From Chiloscyllium plagiosum (Eukaryota), in the NCBI RefSeq assembly GCF_004010195.1, contig NC_057738.1, positions 9,863,103 to 9,927,102 on the forward strand: a DNA stretch of 64,000 bases, written 5' to 3'. The notes below the pieces were generated by a model. The model was not told the origin of the DNA, made no database searches, and saw only the letters and a list, made by a program, of their open reading frames with translations. Below are positions 51,241 to 64,000 of this stretch, in pieces (position 1 is the first letter of the stretch; each line of letters begins with the position of its first letter). The translations under genes were made by a program, and so were the position numbers.

Positions 51241-51674
51241 ACTGCTGCCGAGTTCCTAAATTACAAAACAAAACTGCTTATTCACCATCCAGCATTGGGT
51301 AAGCAGACATTTCCAAATTTAGTTGTTGAATAGACTGAAGGCATCTTTGGCTTCTGCTCCAAATTCCATTCTTTAGTTGCCAATTCCTTCCTTCTTAATT
51401 ATAACCATTTCACACACAAAAATACCCTAAAATCAGGGAGGATTTGGCTGGGATAAAAGGAGAACGAACACTTCAGTTATGATAGCCAATAACTAGGAGA
51501 ACCTAAAGATGGCAGGAAAAAATTATATTGTTTACAGGGATTGCATACCTGTGTGGGATAAAGGAATCAAATTTGGATGCCAGTAACAGATCAACAGTGT
51601 CAATCATGTTGCCGAAGTCTTTAAATTGGGGACTTAAGATGGGAACAAAAAGAAGAAACAGAAAAAAGATTCTT

Positions 51675-51756
51675 CCCTCCAACATGGATCACTGACAGGG
51701 AACTGAAATTACATCCCCTCCGACATGGATCACTGACAGGGAACTGAAATGACATC
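51675..51756 (+). repeat. 41-bp tandem duplication
   Basis: ccctcc(a/g)acatggatcactgacagggaactgaaat(t/g)acatc twice, two differences. Confidence 0.9.
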
Positions 51757-52724
51757 AGGGCAGATCGATGGCAGAAACAAGAGATGGTCAATCATGGTGA
51801 TCAGTGATTCAATCTACTATCAAAACATTGGAAAAAAGTTTCTATTGGGAGAAAGGATCCTCAATCTGCTCATTTAAATCATCAATAACAAACTGAAATA
51901 CTGCATGAGATGCCTTCCCCACATACAACGCCACAATCAGCCATGACCTTAGTGAATAATCTGGTCAGCATGAGGGGCTGAATGGCTTACTCCTGCTCCT
52001 TTAGTTCTTAGGTCTTAAAATATTATTTTATACAGTTTTGTATTTTGCCATGGTCAAAGAGGTCACCAAAAAGTTCCATATCAACTTGAAAAACAACAAA
52101 ATCTGTTTTAACCAGCATTTATGTACAGGCATTCTCAATAAACTGGCAAAAATTACATACCTCAAATACCACAAAGTTTACAATATAATTCTGTCCAGTT
52201 ATTAAAGCTTTAAAATTTACCTCACTGTAAATATACTTGCTGTTCAATCAAATGGCCACATGAAATATCAACAGTTTATTCAATTTTGAGTTAATTTTGC
52301 TCAAACACTGCGCTGTCCAAATAGTCAGCTGAGGGGGTAAGTGAGAAGACTCTTTGCCATTAAATTTTATCTAAAGTAAAGTGGCATTATTATTTATGTG
52401 ATCTGTACTATAAATAAAGTATAACAGTGATGTGTATATCTGCTACAATACATTTCTATGACTGAGTGTGTTCGTACATTATGTGGACCTCTTCATTATC
52501 TGGAATATTTGATCAACTACTTCTGGTCCAACAGGTGCTGGTGAATGAAAAGTATGTTGTATTAGCACATTTTCACTTTAATTTTTAAGGAAAGAAAAAA
52601 ATTGTGTTCACAAAACATTTCTTTCTTTCCTTTGTTTTGATTGCAAGAATTTCACTTCAAGCTTCAGGTTTTCCAAAACTGAATAACCAGCCAATCATTC
52701 AGTTTCCTATTTTACAATGTTGGT

Positions 52725-53040
52725 GGGCGGCACGGTGGCACACTGCTGCCTCACAGCGCCAGAGACCCGGGTTCAATTCCCGCCTCAGGCAACTGTCTGT
52801 GTGGAGTTTGCACATTCTCCCAGTGTCTGCGTGGGTTTTCTCCAGGTGCTCCGGTTTCCTCCCACCGTCCAAAAATGTGCAGGTTAGTTGAATTGGCCAT
52901 GCTAAATTGCCCGTAGTGTTAGGTGCAGGGGTAAACGTAGAGGAATGGGTCTGGGTGGGTGCGCTTCGATGGGTCAGTGTGGACTTGTTGGGCCGAAGGG
53001 CCTGTTTCCACATTGTAAGTAATATAATCTAATTTAATTT
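52725..53040 (+). mobile_element. HE1-type SINE, near full length
   Basis: Same head, central domain and tail as 36881-37175. Confidence 0.9.
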
Positions 53041-54464
53041 AATCAAATCTAACAAACATTACTACAAGATTGATTTTGATTAAGATATCCATTCACCCAT
53101 TTGATTTGTTAATTTGATTCCTATTGCAATAGTTTTAACTAGCATCATATTTTGATCGGTAAGAAAATCAAATCATTAGATCAGGCTACTTTATTTAAAC
53201 AGTCATATACTCAGAAGCTCATGAGACTATGAAGCTGCCTCTAGAAGAGGGGAGCCTGATTTAACACTGTAAAAGTAGCTCACTGACTCCAGTTTCCTGG
53301 AACCCAGATAAAACAGCATCATTGTATGTGAAAGTTGATAACAACAAACCCAACATCTTGACTTGAACCATCATTGCCACATGTTAATCACAGCTTCATT
53401 TTATCTGAAAATTTTTGCTCCTTATTTGTTCTCTACATCTTGAGAGAAGTCCCAGATCAAGAGTTGTTTATTGTAAGATAAAATAATCCAAACCTTATTT
53501 ATTTCTCATTGCTCATACATCAAGAATTGATCTTGCTGTTTTCTGCAGTTGCTCAGGATTATGCTTAGGTGTGCAGCATTCTAGGTGGGGCTCGACTAGA
53601 GTACTGCACATTGGAATCAGTGGGAAAGTGATGGAGCACCGGAACAAATCAACGTTCAACGTCATATTTTCCAGATATCCGAGCAAGACACGTCTGCAAC
53701 ACTTCAGAATTCTATTGAATCAATAACCAGACCAATTATTCATTAATAAAACTGAGTCACACAACAGTCAAAAGTCTGCATATATCAATGAACTTTAGGC
53801 ACACCTGCAAGTCTATGCCCCAACTAGCAACTTGGTCCTAATTGATCAAACAGCTATATTAGAAAATCACTGCCATATTAAGGTGTTATTTAAACTACAA
53901 CAGCATCTTGCATTAATTGAAGCCTGTCAAAGACTTGTCTACTTTCTGCTATGCTCATCTACAATTTAATCTTTTTAACTGAGGTTCGTGGAATTAACTT
54001 ACTGGAAAGAAATACATAATCAGAAACTATGCCTGTATCAATTTTTCTGTGGCCTTCAGTTTTTATCTTACGCAGAATGAATGCCTTCTGCAATAGGGTC
54101 AGGTTTCTAGTCAGTTAAACCAGAAGGTCCACAGAAGAAATTTCAAATAACAAAAAAAAAGGGAGTTCAGATAGTTGAAGCAGAGAAACTTTGTTTTTTA
54201 TTGTTGGGAGAAATCAGAACAAGGAGTATTAGCATAAAATTACAGCTACACCATTCATGAATAAACGTAATTCTTCACAGTTTAAAGGCAGCTGAAATCG
54301 GAAACTCTGTTCTCCGAAACGGCTGTGGATCCTGGGCATCAGTTTAAATGTTCAGGACCAAGATTAATGCATTGAAGTTATGAAGGCATATCAAGTAAAG
54401 AATAATAAAAAGAGTTGAGGTACATGCCAAATGTAATTGAAACAATTGGTGAAATTGTCCAGAA

Positions 54465-56020
54465 CTGAGGAGAACAAGGCCCCTTTAAAGATCAGAAGGC
54501 CACCTATAAGTGGAACTGTGGGAGAGGAGCAAGATGCTGAATAAGTATTTTGCAGCAGTGTTCACTGCGGAGAAGGATAGGGAAAGTAGAGAACGTGGGG
54601 AAATAAATAGTGACATCTTGAAAAATATCCGTATTACAGCGGTGGTGGTACTGGATGTCTTAAAATCCCCAGAAGCTGGTCAGGTGTAACCTAGAATTCT
54701 GTGGGAAGCGAGAGAAGAGTTGGCTGGGCCCTTTGCTGAGATAATTGTATTATCGATAGCCACATGTGAGCTCCCAACTGGAGGCTGGCTAATGTTATGC
54801 CACTATTTGAGAAAGGTAGCAATGAAAGGCCAGGGAAGTATTGACCAGTGAGCCTGACAGCAGTGGTAGACAAGTTGGTGGAGGGAATCCTGAGTGACAC
54901 ACATTTGGAAAGGCCAGGACTGATTAGGGATAGTCAACATGACTTAGGGAGACATGATTTCTCACACTCAAACTTGAATGAGTTTTTTGAAGTAGTAATG
55001 AAAAGGATTGCTGAGGGTAAAGTGGTGGACGTGATCTACATGAACTGCAGATGGGAGTTTAATTTAAATAAATGTGAGGTGATGCATTTTGGAAAGGCAA
55101 AGCGAGGTAGGACTTGTACACTTAATGGTAAGGTCCAAGGAGGTGTTGCTAAACAAAGAGACTTTGGAATGCAGATTCATAGTTCCTTGAAAATGGAGTT
55201 GCAGGTAGACAGGATAGTGAAGGTGTTTACTATCCTTGTCTTTATTGGCTACTGTGTTGAGTTCAGGAGTTGGGAGGTCATGTTACAGCTGCACAGGACA
55301 TTGGTTTGACCACTTTTGGAGAACTGCATGTAATTCTGGTCTCCTTCCTATCGAAAGGATATTGTGAAAGGATTCAGAAAAGGTTCACAAGGATGTAGCC
55401 AGGGTTGGAGGGTTTGAGCTATAGGGAGAGGCTGAATAGGATGGGATTATTTTCCCTGGAACATCAGAGGCTGAGGGGTGAACTTAGAGGTTTATAACAT
55501 CATGAGGGGCATGGATAAAAAGGTAAAGAGGCAAGGGTTTTCCCCCGGGGTGGGGGAAGGACATAGGTTTAAGATGAGCGGGGAAAAGGTTTAGATTAGA
55601 TTAGATTACACTACAGTATGGAAACAGGCCCTTCGGCCCAACAAGTCCACACCGACCCGCCGGAGCGCAACCCACCCATACCTCTACATTTACCCCTATA
55701 CCTAACACTACGGGCAATTTAGCATGGCCAATTCACCTGACCTGAACATCTTTGGAAGAAAGCAGGGACCCAAGGGACCACTTTTTCACGCAGAGCGTGG
55801 TGCATGTATGGAATGAGCTGCCAGAGGAAGTGGTGGAGCTGGTACAATTACAGCATTTAAAAGAATCTGGAAGGATACATGACTGCCAAAGGCTTAGAGT
55901 GATATGGGCCAAAATATTGGCAAATTGGACTAGATTTCTGAAGGAGGAGATCTGGTCAGCATGGACAAATTGAACCGAAAGGTCTGTTTCTGTGTTGTAT
56001 ATGTCTATGACTCTATAACA
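54465..56020 (+). mobile_element. HER1/CR1 LINE with internal deletion and HE1 insert (55590-55755, minus)
   Basis: VDVIYM is joined directly to WEFNLNKCEVMHFG (RT core missing); 3' UTR follows. Confidence 0.85.
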
Positions 56021-56387
56021 ACTAAGTGGTTTACTCCTGTTCTTGCAATCAGCAATATACATCAGCATGTCATTCATTTATTGCTAAAATACACACCGTT
56101 CACAAGGCTCTTAAGCTTTTCCCACTCATGGCGTGCACGTGCTTCGTATTTTGCTGTTGTTCATAATTTGTTATTGAGCCACTAGTTTTCTCTGCAAAAT
56201 CTTCACAGTATTCTTGGGAGCATTAGAACCCAGAGTTTCCAACTCACCATTCCCACCCCAGATCGGTATTATTTGTAAGTTACATGTTACATGTATAAAT
56301 CAAGAACTTAGAGGTCAGGTGAGGAGGAGAAAGAGAGATCCTCAAAGCTCAAGCTAACTTCTGTCCTCACCACAAATCTCAATGCTA

Positions 56388-56690
56388 GCGGCACGGTGGC
56401 CCAGTGGTTAGCACGCTGCCTCACAGCACCAGAGTCCCAGGTTCAATTCCAGCCTCGGGCGACTGACTGTGGAGTTTGCACATTCTCCCCGTGTCTGCGC
56501 GGGTTTCCTCCGGGTGCTCTGGTTTCCTCCCACACTCCAAAGGTGTGTGGGTCAGGTGAATTGGTCATGCTAAACTGTCCCATAGTGTTAGGTCAGAGGG
56601 AAATGGGTCTGGGTGGATTACTTTTCGGAGGGTCGGTGTGGACTGGTTGGGCCGAAGGGCCTGTTTCCACACTGTAGGGAATCATCTAAT
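56388..56690 (+). mobile_element. HE1-type SINE, full length
   Basis: gcggcacggtggcccagtggttagc...cctgtttccacactgtaggga. Confidence 0.9.
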
Positions 56691-57734
56691 ATTTCAGAGT
56701 TGCCAATGTAATAATAACATTAAAATAGATCTTAGGGTATTCCGGTATATGATACAAGTATTACGTTTACTCTAACTACTTTGTGAGGTTTGCTTAACAG
56801 ATCAGAAAATTCCAACCACATCAATAAGCCGTGGCAGCATATTGCAGTTTCAAAAGAGTCTCCAATAGCAGCTCATTTTACCTTCAATGTTACCATCAAC
56901 CAGACCCACAATGAACAGGAAGTCATGGGCTGTTAATCATTTTCTGTTTAGTACAAAAGACAAGGCAATCCAAGAATTTTTTTGCATTATCAACCTCCAT
57001 TTCACTCAATGTCAAACACCAAAAAAGGTTATATTAAGTAATAGTGCAGATACTTTGCCAAGTTAAATTAAATGCTTACAGTCAGTCATTCTTACAATAA
57101 GGAGATATCACCTAAAAGATTTGAAATCCAGAACCAAGACACACTCAGATTTTCCAGAAAGCTTCAGCCATAAAGTACAACTTGGTTGCCAAACTGCTTC
57201 CCACTAAAACAGGACTGTACAGCCTGCAGTTTAGAACTGTCGTTTGGGTTCTGGATAAAACATTTTGGCACCTCATCGTTCAAAGATTTCAGATTAAGCT
57301 ATCAAACTAGGTTCCATTTCAGTTTCCAAAAAAAATTGCTGGGAAAACTCAGTAGGTCCAGTAGCATCAGAGAAGAGAAAGCAGAGTTAACATTTCAGGT
57401 CCAGTGACCCACTCTTCAGTGACCTTTGGTATTTTTTATTCCAATTTTGAATTGGTTTCACTCGTTCCCACAAATAATGGCAATTTATTTCTCTGTGGCA
57501 CCACCACACAGATTTCCAGCTTGAACACAACAGTTTTCCATCCATTTGTGTACCTTTAGAAATATTGTAAATTCTTCAATCATTGAAGTGTTTCTTTAAC
57601 ACATTTTTATCTCAGTGAATGCTAAAACACATAGTCCTATGAAAATCTCCTATTCTCTGGTAAACTTCAAACCACAAGGCTTTTTAAAAGTACCAAAGAT
57701 TCTCTCAAGCTTAAAAATGATTCCACTAGTTGAA

Positions 57735-58200
57735 GTTCTTAAGAAGGTTTGTTTCTCAGGTTGTGGATGAGGTTGTTGACTTGCTTGCTGAGCTAAGAAG
57801 TTTGTTAACAGATGTTTCATCTGCATACTAGGTAATGTCATCAGTGCGCCTTCGGAGAAACATTGGTGTTCCGTCCTACATTGCTGAGGTGGTTTATATC
57901 ATTTCCGGTTTTGTTTCTTCATGGGTGGTCCTCACCACAAATCTCAATGCTAGCTTTACACGGGGTCTAACTCTATATGTGTGTTAATGGCATTCTGGGT
58001 TAAGTGCCAGACCTCCAGGAATTCCCATGCATGTGTCTGTTTGGCTTGTCCTAGGGTGGAACTTTGTCTCAGTTTAATTGGTGTCCTTTATCTGTGTGTA
58101 TGGACAAAAGTGATAGTTGATCACATCTCTTGGCAGCTAATTGGTGTTTGCGTATCCTGATGGCTACTTTTCTTCCAGTTTGCCCTACATAATGTTTGGT
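57735..58200 (-). mobile_element. Penelope-like (Poseidon-type) 3' fragment
   Basis: Homologous to 15025-15450: HYVGQTGRKVAIRIRKHQ...EFLEVWH; terminal cactgatgacattacctagtatgcagatgaaacatctg on minus. Confidence 0.75.
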
Positions 58201-59009
58201 AACCTCAGGGTTTTTGGTTTTCAGGTGAAGTTATTCACCTCAGTTACTAAACAAAAATTTTAGATAAGCAATCAAGAAGCATGAAACTTGGAGAGCCATG
58301 ATCACCAACATCCCAAAGCATGCCACCACAGGAAGATAGCATGATTAGGACAGTGCGTCATACACCAAAGAAAACTATAACCATGCATTTTCAAAATTAA
58401 ATATGTCCTTTTAATCATTGGGCAATTGATTGAAAGTCTACACTTGTGACAATCTTGCAACGGTTCTGGTCTTCAATTATATCTGTTTCACTGACACACA
58501 GTTCCTATTATCGTTAACACCACAATTAAAGTTCCTATTAAGTCCAAACAGTTTGCTTTTTGAAAAAAAATTAAACTCCTTTGCTGGAGCAGAGCTGAAC
58601 TAGAAAGCTAGCTAAGCATTACTGATGCTTAATTCCCTTTTCAGTGAACTCATCCGTTCCATACATTCTGCATTATGACTGCTCCTAGCATGGCTGTGTT
58701 CTTAAAACCATTCATTCCGATGAGCTAGACAACTGCATTATTATATTCAATTCTGATTATTACTGTGCTTTGATGAATCCTGCTTCATGTTGGATCAGCA
58801 AGAGATAGAATTTAAAGACTGGAAATCGCATCCAAGTCAATTAGCAGACATCCATAACAAGATTCAAAAGAGTACTTATTAACAAAAAGTTCAGGTTAAT
58901 GTAGGTTCTGAAAATCTAAAATGTACAAGATACTGCACAATACAGTTACAATTACAATATTGAGCATTCATTACTATACAACAGTCCAGAGAACATTGCC
59001 CATAAGACA

Positions 59010-59300
59010 ATACGATCTTAAGATATAAAGAGCAGAATTAGGACATTTGGCCTATCAAGGCTGTTTTACCATTCAATCATGGCTGATTTATTTCTCAATC
59101 ACATTCTCTTGCCTTCTCCCTACAACATACGATCCCCTTGTAATCAAGAACCTCTATCTCGCTCTTAAATACACTCAAAGACTAATGAGGTCCACAGATT
59201 CACCTCGGGGTCCTGATCTCTCCTATTGGAAACATCTTCTCCATTTCCACTTGATCCAGGCCTCTCCGCATTCTGCAAATTTTAATGAGGTTCTTGCTTA
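59010..59300 (-). mobile_element. Old CR1 3' UTR fragment
   Basis: taagatataaagagcagaattagg...accattcaatcatggctgat, the reverse of a CR1 tail. Confidence 0.6.
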
Positions 59301-60104
59301 AATTGAAGAAGAGTGGTTTGAGAAATAAGCTGGATGGCCATCAATCTCAAACCTTGCTGTAGATCTTTGGATTATTAAGCTACTTCCTTCCAGGTAAACC
59401 TATCCCCACAACTACCAGCCTAATCCAAGCATTTTACATTCTCTCAGTATTAAGATTCAGCTTAAAGCAGAAGTATTCTGCTTTAATATACATCTCGAAT
59501 ACTAGGCAAACTATTTTGTGTGCTTGACGGTTGCCAAACATTTGAGGTCAAAAAGGTTTAAGATCCATGGAAAACTTTTTAAAACATCATTTAAGTAATG
59601 GACCAAAATAAGAATTGCCCTCAAAACAGATACTGTGCAATATATTTAGAATAACCAGTCTGATATGATTCTACATTTATGAAACAATGTAAAGTTATTT
59701 AGAATTTGATCAGGTGGAGCTTGATTCCACTCATTAGTCAACACCATTGATCACCTAAATAGCTAACAATACCAAACTCAATACCATTCATAACATTTCT
59801 TTTGTATAATTTATCACCATCCCACTGAATATTAGGATCCAAACAGGTTTTTAAAGGTCTGAAAGCATTAACGTTGGAGACGGAGTTTGGCAGAGTCTTA
59901 GGCAGCTGATCATGGAGTCTAGCACCAAATTCCAATGGAATAAGTCATTCCCCCTCAAGCTCCAGATATTTCTGATAATTTTGCCCAACTAGTCAATGCA
60001 ACATACTCATTGCTATCATGCAATAAACTTATCACATTCTTAGGCAGGTGTTTCTTTATGTTAAGATGTTAAGACTTATTTGTTCACTCATTAAATCCAA
60101 AATG

Positions 60105-60650
60105 TGGAGATAGCAGTGTTGGACCGGGTTTGACAAAAAGTTAACAATCACACAACACCATGATTCGGAGATGCCGGTGTTGGACTGGGGTGTACAAAGT
60201 TAAAAATCACGCAACACCAGGTTATAGTCCAACAGGTTTAATTGGAAGCACACTCGCTTTCGGAGTGCCAACACAACCACCTGATGAAGGAGCGACGCTC
60301 CGAAAGCTAGTGTGCTTCCAATTATCCTGTTGGACTATAACCTGGTGTTGTATGATTTTTAACTTTGTACATAACACCAGGTTATAGTCTGAACAGGTTT
60401 ATTTGAAAGTATAAGCTTTCGGAGCATTGTTCCTTCACCTGGTAGCTAGTGGGGCAGGATCATAGGACACAGAATTTACTATAAATTTACACTAAGTTCA
60501 GTTTCATATGATCCTGTCCCACAAACTACTTGATAAAGCAGCAGTGCTTTGAATATCTGTACTTCCAAATAAACCTGTTTGACTATAACCTGGTGTCTGA
60601 TTTTTAAACTTTAATCTAAAACCATCCCCAGTCCTTCTCAATCTCCAAAT
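60105..60650. mobile_element. Penelope-derived palindromic element with a younger family member nested inside (~60161-60370)
   Basis: Both carry gtgttggac.ggg..tg.acaaagttaa.aatcac.caacaccaggttatagtc and its reverse complement. The inner copy is flanked by acaacacca / ataacacca. Fragments of the same family at ~23860-23925 and ~24460-24545. Confidence 0.75.
60278..60312 (+). ncRNA. Minimal hammerhead ribozyme motif (PLE-type), core intact
   Basis: CAC-CTGATGA-A-GGAGC-GAC-GCTCC-GAA-AGCT-A-GTG: helix I CAC/GTG, perfect 5-bp stem II, palindromic AGCT helix III. Confidence 0.65.
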
Positions 60651-62624
60651 CATTCTTATTCTTTCCATTACAATGATAAATAACTTTATTACAACAACGC
60701 AAAGACTTTTCTCCATTTGTTATCTCCTGACTAGTTCACAATTCCAAGTATTGTTACGAGTCTTGTGTGTGACTGGAGATACCACAAATGCAGTCCTGAG
60801 GGCGGGGAAGAAAGGAGGAGTAACTCAAAGTCAGCAAGTAGAAAAGGATGTCAAGTCAGGTCAAGTAATGTGCATTACATACTGATGTAGGCAACATTAT
60901 TTTTTTAAATCTCAATGCTCAAATGAGAATGCCAGTCTTAATAACTTACCAAACAAAGTGAAACATTGCTAAATAGGACTTTTAAACATGGACTACCTGC
61001 ATTTAAGAAGAGACTGTTCTTCCTTCTCATCACAAAATACTTCTAAACTAAAGGATATATCTTTCAATTGTCAATAAATCAGAATGTTCTATTGCGTATA
61101 TATTAGTTTATTCTCTCCAGCGTTTATATTCCTGCCAAAAGGTTCTCCTGCAGTTCCATGGACAGTAGTTGCTTTCCCTTTTGTGAGCCTTCATATTCAG
61201 TAGCATGAACAGACACAGTCCTGGGAATCTGACTGAAGCACTGCAGTCAAGTCAACTTCTATTGCAACTGACGTTAGTTAAAACCCTGTCCAACATTAGT
61301 TAAATCAACGCCAGAATCAAACCAGGACCTTCTGATCTGCATTGTTTAGTGCAGTACTTCCTCTCTCAGCCAGCAACTGTTCATTGGCCTTCCTTTCATC
61401 ATATCATTGTGCATGCAACTCAGAAACCAACTTTGCCAGCAAATCAGAATTCGTCAAAAGTAATTTCTACCTACTGTTTTATTGCCTGATAATCCATTGA
61501 ATCTTTTTAATAGAAGTCATTTATTGTCACTTGTCTTTTTTTAAACAAAAGAAGTGAAAAAAGTGCTGTCACCACAGTGCCCATATTAATAACAGAAGGC
61601 AAAAATAAGATTAAAAACAGTTAAGACAAATTCCATCTTACATCAATTCACAGCTCCTGGGCTCAGGAAAAAACAGTACCATTACAAGATTACCATGCCA
61701 GGCTGTTAGCTTTACAAGTTTAAAGCATATCCATGACATATTTATCTTCAGTGACAAAGAAAGCATTTATGCCACTCTTTTAGAGACCAATAACTTTCAA
61801 CAAGAAATTTGAACTTCCGATGATTGAATAATCGCACAAGATTTAAAGTCTCAAGACTGTTACAGTTTCAGAAATTCAAAGCAACTTTGGCTAAACACTG
61901 TCAGCAATATTTAGTTTCAGCTACAATAACCGTCCCATATTTAACTTGGAACTTGACTGAAAATCCCCGTCTGCAGTAATATTTCACGCTGTCCTTTACA
62001 TTAATCTTACATTCGCCTCAATGGAGTTCAAAGCTAGTCGGAGCTCAGAATGGCTGGGTTCCTCACCAGCGAGACAAATTCTCATGCCCAAACTGACAGC
62101 TACAGTTAAGAATACCCCAGAGATTTCTTCCTCTAGACCAATTTAAGCAAATCTTGCAGCCTCATTTAAATCCTCACAAAATTGGTTTCTTCATTCTGAG
62201 CCCAGCTGCCAATTGCATTCCACGTAGTGAATGCAGAGACTGGCTGTCTCAATCTCTGTGCTCTTTCATACAGATTCTTGCAGACTGGTCTTTCCAAGAG
62301 ATTCGAGGGTATCTTACGAAACCTGTACATCAGTAGTACAATGGTTGCTTCAAAACTTTTGCCCTCTCAAAGCTGATATCCATGATGGCCTACCTGAATT
62401 ATTTGAGCCTTATATCCAGATGGAAAGGCTAATTCGCCATTCTCAAGACCCCAAACTCCATTCCACTTTGGGATTAAATAGTATAATTATTTACAAAAGC
62501 TGACATTCCCTATTTCCCTGTGGGATCTGGAGATAATGGTTTACCCCCATCAGCGGTGTCTTGTTTTTAAAAAAACAGGTAGGAATATCACACACTACTT
62601 TCCAATAAGAAACTCCTTCAAGTT

Positions 62625-63255
62625 TGTTATAGATATGTATCAGCACAGAAACAGTCTCTTCGGTTCAACTTGCCCTTCCTATTCATATACCCATCCAGAT
62701 GCCTTAGAAAAAAAATGTTGTAATTATACCAACCTCCACCAGTTCCTCTGGCAGCTCATTCTATATACACACCACCCTCTGCATTGAAAAAAAATTGCTC
62801 CTTAAGTCCCTTTTAAATCTTGCCCCTCTCACCTTAAACCTATGCCCTCTAGTTTTAGAACTCCCTACCCTGGGAAAAGGCCTTGTCTATTTACCCTATC
62901 CATACCCCTCAAGATTTTATAAACCTCTCCAAAGGTCACCCCTCAGCCTACAACCCTCCAGGGAAACAGACCAGTCAATTAAGCCTCTACCTATAACTCA
63001 ACCTCCAACCCTGGCAACATCCTTCCTATAGGAGAGACACCAAAACTGCACACAATATTCCAAAAGTGTCCTAACCAGCGTCTGTAAGCACAGCCACAAC
63101 GGCTTTGCTCAATGTTCTGACGAATAAAGGAAAGCATACCAAACGCGTTCCTCACTATCCCATCTACCTGCAGCACCATGTTGAAGGAACGATGAACCTG
63201 CACTCCAAAGTCTCTTTATTCAGCAAAGGATCTCCCTAGGATCTTACCATTAAGT
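62625..63255 (-). mobile_element. HER1/CR1 LINE 3' part
   Basis: VQVHRSFNMVLQVDGIVRNAFGMLSFIRQ, plus the reverse of the 3' UTR. Confidence 0.85.
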
Positions 63256-64000
63256 TATAACTCCTGGCCTGATATGTCTTTTGTCATTGAACAGAATTCA
63301 AAACAAGTCATATTGGGTAAAATGGAGGAGAAGTTAAAAAAGGTCAAATTAAAAACAAGTTCCCAAAAATAGAATATTCTTACAAGCTTCATATTTATAT
63401 AGACATACATAATAGATTCAAAATTAGCTGAACTATTAATGTCTGCATATTCAACAGATATGGGCAAAAATTTAATTTAATCCTTCAACTACTTACCACC
63501 ACTGAGGTCTCATGGTCAAAGACTAACAACCAGAAGTTCAGATCACCAAATTTGATTGGAATACATATAAAGTACATAAAATCATTAATTCTTGCTTCAG
63601 CTTTGGTTTTTAAAAAGAGATAGCCTTGCAGTTGAAAAGAAACACCAAGGAAAACATGGCACAGTTTTGAGGCATGGACAAACAGGACACAATTTGATGA
63701 AGCTTGCTCTCTACATAGCAACAGGAAAACGAAGAACTCTGTTTACAAAAAGGTATTTTTGAAAGCAGAAGAGAGTATAGGTGAGAGGAGTAGGATAGAA
63801 TAAGTTCTGAGAGAAAGATAGCCTCAAGATGAGACAAAAGATAGAAGACTGGAGGTGAGAAAGGGAGCAATTTGCACAAATGTTTCATTCCTCATTCCCA
63901 GAGCAATAGATGTACAAATTGTATTCAAACATTTGGTGGGCTTCAGATTTGTACAAAGAATAAACTGCTTCTGGGGAGATAATTTAAACTACAGAAAGTT

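Overview
Eukaryotic, repeat-rich vertebrate DNA. The HE1-type SINEs and HER1/CR1 LINEs point to an elasmobranch (shark); the species cannot be determined. The window appears to lie inside a minus-strand kinesin-3 gene, most likely KIF13A. Only two coding exons are visible: a 13-nt microexon (8489-8501) and the following 61-nt exon (3712-3772). The rest is intron filled with CR1/HER1, a second CR1-like family, L1-Tx1, Rex1, L2, Penelope-like elements (with minimal hammerhead ribozyme motifs and palindromic derivatives) and SINEs. The standout is a ~3.5-kb non-autonomous LTR/ERV-like element (39390-42925, minus strand) with two LTRs, a 4-bp TSD, a tRNA-Ser PBS, a splice donor and a PPT. It shows no recognisable gag/pol but carries an intronless, internally deleted, decayed copy of host RBPMS2 coding sequence (40288-40608). 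It sits inside a probable Tigger/pogo-like MITE. Family assignments come from recalled motifs, not database searches, and most repeat boundaries are approximate. Nearly all ORFs in the supplied track are spurious or TE fragments.
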